Shown: positions 25,911-38,111, counted from the first letter of the stretch. The stretch: DNA of 64,000 nucleotides from Nageia nagi (GCA_050084985.1 JBITNC010000002.1:34162001-34226000), one strand, 5' to 3'. The notes: a model not told the origin generated them from the letters alone. Translations and numbers: made by a program.

Positions 25911-26300
25911 TAGTTGGATTCAAGTTGAAAAAAGGGTACACATTTTTCTCATACGAGCTAGTGTTGGGTTAAAGTTGACAAAAGGGTAAATATTTTTCTT
26001 GCATGAGATGACCAATCTTGGATTGAAGTTAAAAAAAGGGTACATCTTTTTCTTGTACAAGCCAACTATATTGGGTTAAAATTGGTCCAGAAGGGTAAAT
26101 ATTTTTCTTGTATGAGATGACCAATGTTCTAGATTGAAGTTGACAAAAGGGTACATGTTTTTCTTGTACAAGCCAATGTTTGGTTGAAGTTTACAAAAGG
26201 GTAAATATTTTTATTATATACATCATGATCAATGTTGGATTATTCAGTTGAAAAAGGGTACTTATTTTTTATTTTATGAGATGTAGTTTGATTGAAGGTA
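25911..26300 (+). repeat. Minisatellite (~50-57-bp units, about 7 copies) derived from the WIEVDKRVHIF part of the PPR fragment
   Basis: Repeated ttggattgaagttgacaaaagggtacatatttttcttgta. Confidence 0.88.
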
Positions 26301-26849
26301 ACTAAATTATTAAAATTTTAATGTAATTATTCATTTTTTAAATTAAACTAAACTAATTTTGCAAGAAAAGCATAAAATGAAAGAAATTAAAGTACACAAC
26401 ATACTATTTTTTAAATTATTTATTTTTTAGAAATTAAAAAATATGAAATACAAGATAATTGAAAATTTATTAAAACACACCAAAAAAACTAGATTTTAAA
26501 CTATTTTTGTAAACAAAAAATAAGAGAAGCAAGAAATAGGGTACTAGGAGAGCTAAAGAAGGTCGTGTGGTAGATGTGGTGCAAAGGAGCATGGTGGTGG
26601 GCTAATGCAAAATGAAATCACATTTCCCTAGCCTCCTCAAACCAAAATTGCATTCATTGTAGGAGAGAATGAGGGCCTATGGGCTATTTTCATGGGGTAT
26701 AGTTCCAAAAAACAAAATTTTGGTTCTTAAGAACTGGAATTTCATTTTTGGATTGGGACTCTGAACTAAAATAAAATTTTGGTTTTTAAATACCAAAATT
26801 TCATTTTGTTTTGGTTTGGGAGGGAGAAGGAAATAAAATTTTGATCTTT

Positions 26850-27900
26850 AAAGTTAAATTTCATTTTAGTCCACCCTTTTTTCTTAAGTAAAGATGTCCA
26901 CCTTAAGTGGATCCATCTTCTTGCACTTACCCATAAGAATCACCTAACTAGGTCATTCCCATCTCTAATGCTTTTGTATCCATCTCTCTTTATATTTTCC
27001 CCTTATGCATGAAATTAGGCTTCTCAAAAATTAAAGGAAGTAGTGTAATGAAAACTAATGTCTCTTGGATGGTTACATGACCTTCATAACTTAGTTATTC
27101 TTGAAATACTTATAACTAATTCATTTTTTCAAGAATACCCTTTGCTACACAAGCATTGGTGCTAGGGTGTTTGCATAGGAATCTGAACAAAAAGAAACTA
27201 AAAATAAGTACAAACATATTTAAGTCTAGTCCTAATATCTGAAGTCATAACTCTATAAGATCTATAGTAGTAGCTCTTAGCTCAATGTTGACATTTTTGT
27301 TTAGTATAAGTTTTCAGGTTATAATCGGGTCAAGGCTTTCCAATTCAGGTCTTCATAGGATCAATAGGTTAAAACTAGTCCACAAAATAAACATATCTAA
27401 TAGAATCTTTAGACTCCCCTAGATGAATAAACACCTATCTTTATGATCAACTAAAGCACTGCCACCTGATTCTGCTAGAAACCCAATGTTGGCACTTACA
27501 TCAACATTAGTGTTGGCCCTCCTCTCTTCTTATTGATCCAATTTTTGGATCACCATTATTCCTAGATAAAGTCTTGAAGCATATAGAAGCTTGAGTGTTT
27601 GCCCCCATATTTTACAATCTATTTCACAGTGTTGAATTTTACCTAAATCAAACCAAAAATTATCATTTATTAGCTTGATATTGGGAGGAGGATTGATAAT
27701 GAATGTAGGCCACTAGCCCCTAGATTTCTTTTGAGTAGGGCTTCAACCACATTTCATGAATGTAGGCCACCACCCCAAATTTGTTACTTCCTTAAGTGCT
27801 CCCTCAATGACTCTCATACTCTATTTGTATAATATGACACTCTTCTAATCACCTCTACATTTTTTTTAATCTCCTAACATAGTTTTAGTACTTATTGTTG
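26850..27900 (-). mobile_element. Probable LINE ORF1 remnant; duplicate at ~51870-52900
   Basis: Minus-strand coding-like remnants (FCKIWGKH...FQDFI..W, and a decayed C..H knuckle near 26920) resemble plant L1 ORF1. Confidence 0.4.
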
Positions 27901-28323
27901 ACTTTGTTTCTCTCCAATATCACTCTATTTCTCCCATTGATTATAATTATTGTTCTCTAAAGAGATAACTTTATTGGGATAATGTTGAAAACGAATTCAA
28001 ATCTCCTAAAAAATCATATTATAATGATCAATACAAATGCAAGATAAATAAAAAATTACACATCATATATAAAAAATAAATCTAATAAAAATTATTTATG
28101 TTATTTTTATATGACACAATAACATAAAATAACATTATCACATAAAACACTTTTTATTTTTATATGATAAAATAACATAAATTACATAAAATGTTTTTAA
28201 ATTTCTATATGATACAATAACATAGAATAAAATAAATTATAATTATATATATATATATATATTCAATGCTATAAAAGATCAACAAGTTTATTCATAAACA
28301 TAAATATATAACATAAACTTTAT

Positions 28324-28371
<48 letters not shown>

Positions 28372-30084
28372 TATATATAAAAGATCAACAAGTTTATTCA
28401 TAAACATAAATATATAACATAAACTTTAATTTAAAAATATATTTTATATTTTTATTTATTGATTTTTAATTTAAAAAAACATGGCCAACGGTGTGGTCCG
28501 GAATGTAACAAGCCGCGACTCTCCTCAAGCCGCCATACAAAGAAAAATACATTTTCTATCCTATATCATTAATGAAAATGAAGTTTAGGAGTATATTTTC
28601 TATCACATATAAATTTTAAAGTACATATAACTATTCTTGAAAACGTCAAATAATTTAAATGGATAATTAATACCTAACGAAAAAATGGGGTATGATACTG
28701 AACATGAAATGTAGGTTTTATGCTTTGAGAACTTGATATTATTAGTATCTTTATTTTTAAAGAAAAATACTTGTTTTATTATAATATTTATAGTTTATAG
28801 TTTGAGGAATTGAACTCTTCAAACTATAAGTTATAAATATTAATATGAAGTAGTATTGGTTTGTGGAGATTTTTTAAAATTTAATTTTTTTTATTAATAT
28901 TAAATTATTTATTAATACTAAATTTAGCTCTTGAGTATGATTGATTATATCTTTAATTTTTTATTATTTTTGAATTTGATGTTCTTAATGTTGGACTTGT
29001 CTTACAAAGGTCATCTCTTGATGTCTAATTTCATCAAATGTGCCCATGAGATGAGTTTTATTAATACCTTATTTGCTTTCAATATTTCAACACTGATTAT
29101 AGTTTTCATGATCCATGACGTTTATAAATTTTTGAAAATGCTTCAATTCTTATAAATTTATTTTTTACAAGTAATTTACATAATTTCCTTTTTCTTTTTT
29201 TTTAATAATAAAAAATAGTAAAAATTAAATAAGATTTATAAATAAAAAAATTTGAATTGAGGATTAAAATATTATAAAATAATGGTTGAAGTATCTCTAT
29301 AAGTAATGAAATAAAATAAGTTTGTCTGTATGCACCATTGATTTATAATTCTTAGTTGAGTTAAGAATTATATATAATTTGATTAAGAACTTAAATTAAA
29401 TCTCTAGTTGTGTAGGAAGATGATAAAGACTTGATCTCTTGTATAGGTAATTTGAAGTTCTAAAACTCTTTCAAGATTAAATACATGTTATATGCAAGCA
29501 ATTGTCCTAGCCCACCATCTTATAAATCAAGTTAGTATGATGCTAATATAGTTTCACCTTTTATTGATCTATATCATAGAGAAATAAAAAGGTATAGATG
29601 ACCTATAATCCAAAAAAATCATAAAGGAATAAATTTTTAAACTATACTATAAACATTAATAGATGCACTCACAACTTAATGAGGATAAAGGTTCAACAAA
29701 AAGATTAATTATGAAATAGATCGTAAAATGAGATTTACAAAATTCATTGATTATGTTAATAAAACTGTGCAACAATAATTATAAAAGGTGAATTATTTTT
29801 TATTTTGAATAATAATTTATTATATATTAAAATGAGAAGTTAATGATGAAAATTCTAAAGTATGATCATTAATATGATGAAATAGATCTTGAAGTATATT
29901 TTTTATATATAATATATTATTTTATTATGAAAAAAAATAAAATTTATAATGTAAAGAATATTATAGAAGTAAATAATATAATTCATCACTACAACTAAAA
30001 AAAATACCTTTCATATGAACCATTTACTATTTTAAGACCATATATTTAAAAAAATATTTAAATGATGTAAATCTTTTCTTAAAA

Positions 30085-30118
<34 letters not shown>

Positions 30119-30614
30119 AGATGTATTTAAAATTTCTCAATTAATTGTTTTAACTATTTAATTTTATTTTTTTAACCAAAACACATTTTAAAAAAAAAAT
30201 TAATAAACTGAAAACACTTTTAGCCTCTTTCCTATCAATCATTTTATTTGACTCAAGTACTGATCGCATGGAAATATTAAATTAAATTATTCTTAATGCT
30301 CATATTAGCAAGGTGGCCACGAATATCTTTTGCTGGAAGCCCAGGAGTCACTAGCATCGAAGATTTTCCACCGCTGATCAACTCTTCGATCCAGGGCTCT
30401 GAATTCACTACAGTATAAGCGTGATCTGAAAAGCATAACCAAAATAAATAGAGAACAATAAATGGAGAGCAGAATTCCTAGGCTTAAATTTCAAATTCAA
30501 AGATGAAGGCAGGTATATTAGATTTGTTGAGGTATTAACTTTGGATCTCTCTCTTGGATGCTCCTTCTCTTTTTCTTCTTCATTGTGATAATTTGTGGCA
30601 TGCCCATTCTATTG

Positions 30615-32453
30615 ATGGAAGGTGGTGGTGGAATTGACAGCAGCCCTCCAAGGGATATCCTCTCATTAAATGTGGATGTAGTGGATATTGATGACAATTT
30701 CATTCTCCAGTCTGATGGAGATCCACATCCAAATGCAAATGAAGATGAAAATGAAGATATAGCAAAAAGTTCTTCTCTGGTCTCGGAGGAGCACAGATCG
30801 GCACTGAATCTGAGAAGGGTGTTGTCTGTGAAGGGCCCCAGAAGAGGAGTTTTTAAGATTGCAGGGAAAATGTCCCTGGCAGATTACTTTGCAGCTTACT
30901 GTGCATATTATTCCAAAACACCACAACACATTCTGCAATCTGAGAATGCAAACCAAAGACAAGACATGGATGGGCTGGATAATATTGGACAACAAAACCA
31001 TATGATGAATACATCTGATTCTCGTAGTGCTGCTAAACAAGGTGGGGGTTTAGGCAATAGTGGTGTTCTGCTGGAAGGTCAATCTTGTTGGTCTTCTCAA
31101 TTACTGAATGCGAATGGCAATGAAGGTTGTTATAATATGAGGTCTCAGATTTTGGATTACCAGATTGAGCAAAACCAGAAACATGTGCAGCATGTTTCAT
31201 CCATGAATGGTTTCCCCAACAGCCTTGACTTGATGAATATACCTTACTACATTCGTGAGGAGCTTTCCATGAATATGAATGGTAATATTGGGATTAGTAA
31301 TACTCTGTCTAGTAAAAGGCTTGTGAGGCGCTCCAATAGAGGGCAGAAGAGGCGCAATGTGATAAAGGGGCAGTGGACTGCTGAAGAAGACAGGTGAGGG
31401 AATAGTAATATTCTGTTACAGTTATCTTATAGATTAATCTTGATCTCCGTGAATGTTGATAATGGTATTACAAGAATTATATTATTGTTGTTAGTGTTGT
31501 TATACTGAACATACATTTGATGTGGTTGCAGGTTGCTTGTTCAGCTGGTAGAAAAGTATGGTTTGAGAAAATGGTCGCAGATTGCGCAGATGTTGGCAGG
31601 TCGCGTGGGAAAGCAGTGCCGAGAAAGGTGGCACAATCATTTACGCCCTGATATCAAGGTTATCATTTTTCTTCTTCTTACTATTATTGATCTTACTCAT
31701 CTCTAAAGAATGATGATGAGGTTTGTTTGTATGTTTGACTCATGATTTACACGTTTGGAAAGTTGAATGATAGGTTTGTTTGTATGTTTGTCCAAATTCT
31801 CATAGGAATACTGCTTATGTTTTTTTTTTTGACAGAGAGATATATGGACTGAAGAAGAAGAAACTATAATTGTCAAGGCCCATGAAGACTTAGGCAACAA
31901 GTGGGCGGAGATTGCCAAACGCCTTCCGGGTAGAACCGAAAATGGCATCAAAAATCACTGGAATGCCACCAAGCGCAGGCAAACTGGGCGTAGAAGATCC
32001 ATAAGAACTTTTGATGGTTCTGTTGATGGCGGTGGCAGCCGTAGAAGCTCTATTTTGCAAGATTACATCAGGAGTTTGAATCTCAAAGAAGAGAAGAAGA
32101 AAAAGGAAGAGTTCTCCTCCACACAAGACAATGAGAGTCATAATGTTGCTCACACTGGTGGGTCACCCTCGTTTTCCCAGAAACTGGAGAGTAGCAATCC
32201 TCTAGGATCTGGACCTCTTCTCATAGAGCCCTATTCTGACTTTAACTTATCGTTTCTGTTGGATGGTGTCCGAATTGGAGATGGAGATGATGAAGAATAC
32301 ACTAATCTTGATATGTTGTTGGATCAATGTATGGATGAACATAGCCATCGAAAAAAAGAGATTGACCTCATTGAGATGGTATTTGGACAGCAAACTGATC
32401 CTCTAATGAGAAATAACTCTCAACATGGCTTCAGCGCCACTCATCAGCTCTAA
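30615..32453 (+). CDS. R2R3-MYB transcription factor, MYB98/MYB64/MYB119-like (subgroup 25), ~507 aa; exons 30615-31393, 31532-31658, 31836-32453
   Basis: [10 protein letters not shown]|[42 protein letters not shown]|RDIWTEEEE...[34 protein letters not shown] introns keep the frame (779+127+618=1524 nt). C-terminal [10 protein letters not shown] motif. An upstream micro-exon start at 30503 is possible. Confidence 0.93.
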
Positions 32454-35177
32454 CAGTAATTATTTCTGTACCCTTACAGAAATGAATTTTATTGGAGTTT
32501 GTTTATCGCCTTGCTGGAAAACATGCACCACAAATAGTATAATGATAATGTTTAATCAAGTTAGTGCTCTAAGAGTTCAAGATTGTTCATTATGTTCACA
32601 TCTTGATTTTGCTACATGTTTCAAACTATACCTGATTTGCTCTTATCCTGAAAATGTTTTGAAAGAGCATAATTAATTTCACAGACGTTTGTTAGACCGA
32701 AATATTAAATAAATAGATTTCTGATTTTTTATGCATAACAGGAATGTAATGACTGCATAAAAGTGTGAACGAACTGCAAGGCAGACTTTTCAGACACAAA
32801 TTGGCTTTTACTGTTTAGTTAATAATTTGATAGTTTTTAAAAGTCGGGCAATAGTTCTAAATATTTTCAGAAATTAAGTAATTTAACCAGTGACTATGAA
32901 TATATAATATAGCCCTAATTCCCTCATTTCATTTTATCGTACCTATTTTGTCGATTGCTTTTGTTTAAAATGTTCTGCTACTGCTGGAGAAGCTTTACAA
33001 GGTAAAAATTTTTCTGGTTGTTTGTTGAGTTGATCATATATTAGATCTTGCTGCCTTTCTGTCCCATGTTCAAATCTTATTACCAAATATACATACTATG
33101 TAATAACTTACTACAATAATCTCATAGATAGATTGAAGCTCCAATAAAAATTAATATACTTTATCTTTTACCTATGATCATGGTTCATGTCAATATCTAT
33201 TTGTGAATTTGAGGTTGTGGTGCAACCTGAATATGATTTATCTGTGCTTTACTGGTTGTCTCAGGATATGTTCTACTAAGATGGTTTTAGAGAGTACTTT
33301 TATACTTTTATCTTGTACCCCCATTCAATCATTATGTGATTGATCTTATTCATAATTAAAGTGGTGCTTTTCAAGATCTTCATTTGTTGTGATATTTGCA
33401 TTTTGTAAGTTTTTGTTTTGCATACATTTATCCCACTTGTTCATTGTTGTGTTCCCACTTTTGGGTGGATTGATATGGTTTTCGATTATTTCGGATTAGG
33501 ACCAATCCAGCTCTCAGATGATATTTCAAAATTTGCTATATTCATCTATGCATTTTATTTCAAAAGTTGCTATATTCATGATACTTCAAAAGTTTCTATA
33601 TTCATCACATGATGATGCTGATATGGGCTTGTTGGTCAGTATATATTTATGTACTTTTTCAAGTATTTTGAAATTAAAATTTGATTTGTTTCATGTACAG
33701 GATACAAGTTCGATACTGATCAGGAATTCAATAAGCTGCAGTTTGCATATTTTCCTGGATCTAGACCACCTATGGCTCCTTTTCAGAACTAATTATCATA
33801 TTTCGCTTGGTGAAGCTTAGAATCTAGGCTTGAAACGATTACCTGACCCAAAATGACAGGTGCAAATAGCAATGGTGATATGCAAAATAAATAAATCTTA
33901 GGATTGTTCTGAATAACAATTTTTAATTCTTTACGATTGGCTAGCTTGCTGTAGTTGTAGTCTAAAATTTGTGTACTGAACATGTCATCTAACATGATTG
34001 AAGTTATTTTGTATATTAGATAACACTAAAAAGGTTGGCTCACAGTTTGATGTTAGTGACATTTATGAAATGAGTGAGTATTCTGTCCTAATGTTCCTGC
34101 ATTTTATCATAGACAGGATTTAGCTTGGGTTCTTTCATTGTCTATTTATACAAGTCATATTACTTGCCTTTTGGCAATATTTATATCTTTACTTGGCTTA
34201 TTTTATTGAAAGATTCAATATTTATGGGAAATGTATCGCTTGTTAGAATCTCAATAGTGGGAGCATTTTTTCTTTTTGGGATGAAAATGCAAGTTACTTG
34301 TGAAGCGATCAAAGCATTACTGAATAATATCAAGCAGGTCAGAGTGTTAAATATGTGAATAAGTTTTTTATTTCTGCTGCTCATGCAAGTTGATCTCTTA
34401 TGATATGAGCTGCCGTTATCTTTCAGTTAAATTCAATCATATATTTTGGAGGTATATATTGTAAATCTTCAGCTTATATACGTTAAATCAACCAAGATCA
34501 ATCAAATGAACAAATCAAGACTAAAGTCATCCTGTTGATTCTATACACTACCCTAAGATGATATATGCCCAAAATATGTAATGAATTTGGTTGGAGAATA
34601 ACCTTCTACTTTTTAAATTACTTCTTCCTTCTATTTAAACGTTCATAATACCAATTACAGAGATGATCAAAGTTATGAAATTGTACATGTGATTTAGCAG
34701 TAATTCTTTATCTCTTCTCAAACTTTGGTAGGTGGAGCTCTGTGACTTTAGAGCTTTAATGAGGTGGCCTGTTTTCTACATGAGGTGATTTACAGACGTA
34801 CTGTAGTTTTGTTTCATGATGATATGAGTGGTAACTAATTATTTATTACTATCTGAATTTTTTTGTACGTGGTATTCTTCTCTATGCATAAGCTCTTAGT
34901 CTTAAGAGACTTATTGTCCCTTTGTGTTTGAAGTTGTAGTATCGTTGAATGGTTAGATAAGACAAATAGTGCGCTCTTTGACATAGCGCTACCTCCAGAA
35001 AATATAACTTCATGCATTCCCAAATTTCAGGTACCTTACAATCTAGCAAGATATTATATGGATTATACTGATGTTGGAAATCGGTACGCTTTAACCTTCC
35101 ATTGATGACTTGTTTAATGTGAGATGTTTCTTCAGTTAACACAAGGAATTTGTATCTTATATAGCAAATGTGTAAAT

Positions 35178-35289
35178 AATGTTAACATAGTACCTGCAAA
35201 TATCACATAAACTCCATATTATATCGCTTTAGCTGCCCAAAACTGAATACGTCAACATAATTGATATTTGCAGGTACTATGCTAACATT
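35178..35289. repeat. Inverted repeat, 28-bp arms (27/28 match), 56-nt loop
   Basis: aatgttaacatagtacctgcaaatatca (35178-35205) pairs with tgatatttgcaggtactatgctaacatt (35262-35289). Confidence 0.9.
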
Positions 35290-36059
35290 CAAATGCTTCA
35301 AGAGTTTGTACTTTTTTGAAATGGGAACATGCCTTGTCTGTGGTTGGGAATCAGCCAATACATTCCATTTGTTATTAGAGTATGGAAGCATTGGTTGCAG
35401 TATGCAGTCCCCCCCTACTGAAAGAATGGAGTTGAATTGGTCTTTACTTATTACATAATCACAGATGACATTGGACTCAGAAGTTATGAAAAACGCAAAA
35501 TTGACCTGCCAAGATCTAATTGATCTATTTATTAATAATCACAGATGACACTGGGCTCAAAGTTATGTGTAAAATTGTTTATCATGTTGAGAAGGTTAGG
35601 CGGTTCCCTTCTTCAAGCCTGAAAAATGCATTTTGTAACAGGTTTTTGTTTGGGAAAGCAATAAATAGAGACACGTTTCTATGACCTTATGTTTGGGAGT
35701 TCTGAAGCCAAAGAAACATCGAGACGATTTATTTTTTTTGTCTTACCACTATATTACAACCTTACAACTAGTTTTATCCCACCAAACTTAGATTCGGCCC
35801 GTTTTAATTCAATGCCTTGACTGTAACAGTCATGCAATAGTATCATCATAATGAATGAACATGATATAACCCTAGAAAGATATTTATAAATTTTATTTTT
35901 TAATTTTGTTTGTATATTATATAACATAGATGATATATTCTTTGCATTATGATTATTGAATATCAAAATATTATTATACAATCATTTAGAAATTATATAA
36001 AATTGTTAAGATAATTTTATTTTTAATAGTGGTGGGTTTAGCTATTATTGTATTTTTTT

Positions 36060-36217
36060 ACTAGCTTTGATATAACCCCTTATATATCAAAAAACGCCGA
36101 GAGATATCATTTCGAGGTGCCTATCTTGGATATAGCAATACCAAGAAATGAGATAGGCACCTCGAAATGATATCTCTCGGCGTTTTTTGATATATAAGGG
36201 GTTATATCAAAGCTAGT
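36060..36217. repeat. Perfect 67-bp inverted repeat with 24-nt loop
   Basis: 36060-36126 is the exact reverse complement of 36151-36217. Confidence 0.97.
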
Positions 36218-37650
36218 TTTAATAAATACTTAATTAATTTATCTAAAAATTCCTTCTGTTTTTGTCTAAATTTACAATTTATTTCATGATGCGTAATATA
36301 ATTACCTAATTGAAGAAAACTGTAAAACTATTACAATAAAACAATTTTGAAACAGACTTATCTGAACTTTAATATCCAAAAACATTAGCATCATATGAAT
36401 GACTATTACACAAATATCCATTGCTAAATGTGGATTAAACATGGCTCTTAATGGTAGACCTGACAAGTTTAAGACCTATATATTTTTGACATTGCTGCAG
36501 ACATTAATCCAAACACAACCTACATTATAACCTAAAAACTTGAAAGATTTGAAATCAGAGGATGGTGGAATTCTCTTCCATCAGCTTAGCAGTCATCTCA
36601 TCTTGCTCTTCACTATTATTTAAAATCTGTACCACACTCCTCTCCAGTTCTCGCACCTTCCCATTGCAGTTCTCTTCGGGAGGTAAAAAATTCACAATTT
36701 CAAAGTCATTCTTAGATTGTCCAACCTCGATCATATGACCAACGATTTTTTGCATGACCTTTTCTTCAGCTAACTTGTCATCCACAAAGAGCTGTGCAGT
36801 ATCTCCACCCTTTGTGTTTCATCTGTGCAGTTCCCTTCACATCGTTGGTGTTATTGAAGATGGGCTTTTTGGATGGAGCTTCGTCCTCAATCTCCACATT
36901 TACTATGTCGGCTTCCGAACAACCCTTGGCTTAGACGCAAATCTGTGAGCGTTTGGTGGATAGTAACAATCTAAGTCACCTTGGCTTAGTGCTGGATAGT
37001 TTTCCATCGAGTTGAATATGACTGAAAATCCAAGCAACTTAACACCTTCCTCTTCCGGGGGCTCTGTTGTAAACTATCTCAATAGAAATAAAGTAAAGTT
37101 AAGGATTTTACATGTTGATGCACTTTTACTCTATAATCATAAACAAGGATTTTCGATCAAAGGAAACTAACAACTAAAAACACCAAACAGAACATATTAC
37201 AAATCCTATCACTATGAAGGAACAGTAAAACATGGTTTATGCGAACAGCAAGATAAGAAGCGCAAAAGAATTCAGAGTATAAATTGTATATAAAATAAAA
37301 AATAAGAAATATTACAGTAAAAATATATTTACAATACCAGAGAATTAACTTACAATAGAATTAAAGTTCTCTTCTATTTTTACAATCTTTTGTTCCAACT
37401 TTGCTTGTTCAAATTCACTGCATATCTCAATTGATTTGGGAATGAATTTTTATGATGTTTGATATTCTTCCTTCTATTTATATAATAATTTTTGAAAAGA
37501 TGTGTCTTTTAATATTTCAGTCGGCTATATAATTTTAATTTAAAAAAAATTATTTTCCTGTCAATTGTTTAACGGACGGACTCACATGCGACATTTTGCT
37601 CCCCCACTCCACCCCCCATGCTGCAGCTGTAGAAACGCCTCTCGGCGTAA
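36061..37650 (-). mobile_element. Non-autonomous Helitron2/HLE2-like insertion with cargo, absent from duplicate copy 2
   Basis: The flanks are contiguous at ~60943 in copy 2. The minus-strand 5' end has the hairpin ACGCC-GAGA-GGCGT. The 3' end has the complementary CTCTCGGCGT, then the hairpin TTTGATATA...TATATCAAA, then CTAG. Confidence 0.7.
36555..37460 (-). pseudogene. Two-exon frameshifted coding remnant of unknown family inside the insertion
   Basis: Exon ~37460-37354 (EICSEFEQAKLEQKIVKIEENFNSI), GTAAGT donor at 37353, acceptor near 37074, then FTTEPPEEEGVKLLGF... continuing across frameshifts into ORF 36555..36785. Confidence 0.5.
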
Positions 37651-38111
37651 TAATAATTAATGATTTTGATTATACTGGATGATGATTTATTTCTTTTAAT
37701 ATATTTTTATTAAAAATAAGATTTTCAACATGATCACCTAAATGTATACTTAAAAAAGAGTAAAAGGACTAATGCTCTCCACAAGTTGAATTATTTAAAA
37801 CTTCCAAAATCATTCTTTTTACATCTAAGATTGTTTGCGAACAATCCCCTTAGGTTGAAAAGAATATTGACCTTGTATATGAAAAAAAATTAAAATAATA
37901 AAATATTATATATGCCATATAACAACATTAAGTGATGGTTGAAGTTTTAATCCATTTTATATTAATTCATAATAAAATACATTTTATATTTAAATATAAA
38001 TAATAAAAATATTTAGCCTTTGCATAGTATAATTTTTTTTTATAGAACCATATTATTTACAGGGAAAGTTACCCTTTACTTTCCCTCTTTAGTTTGATGC
38101 GCAACTATATC

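Noticed and set aside
25911-26300. CRISPR-like repeat/spacer appearance
   Set aside because: The 'spacers' are homologous to each other, the repeat is PPR coding-derived, the DNA is eukaryotic and there are no cas genes.
28780-28843. AT-rich imperfect hairpin (tatagtttga...tcaaactata)
   Set aside because: Low complexity and partly lost in copy 2; no evidence of function.
30558-30614. Signal-peptide-like hydrophobic N-terminus on the MYB ORF
   Set aside because: It coincides with a pyrimidine tract that is most likely intron or UTR sequence.
30666-31040. Antisense ORFs over the MYB gene (also 31703..32153, 55521..56140, 56756..57097)
   Set aside because: Shadow frames of the MYB exons with no independent coding evidence.
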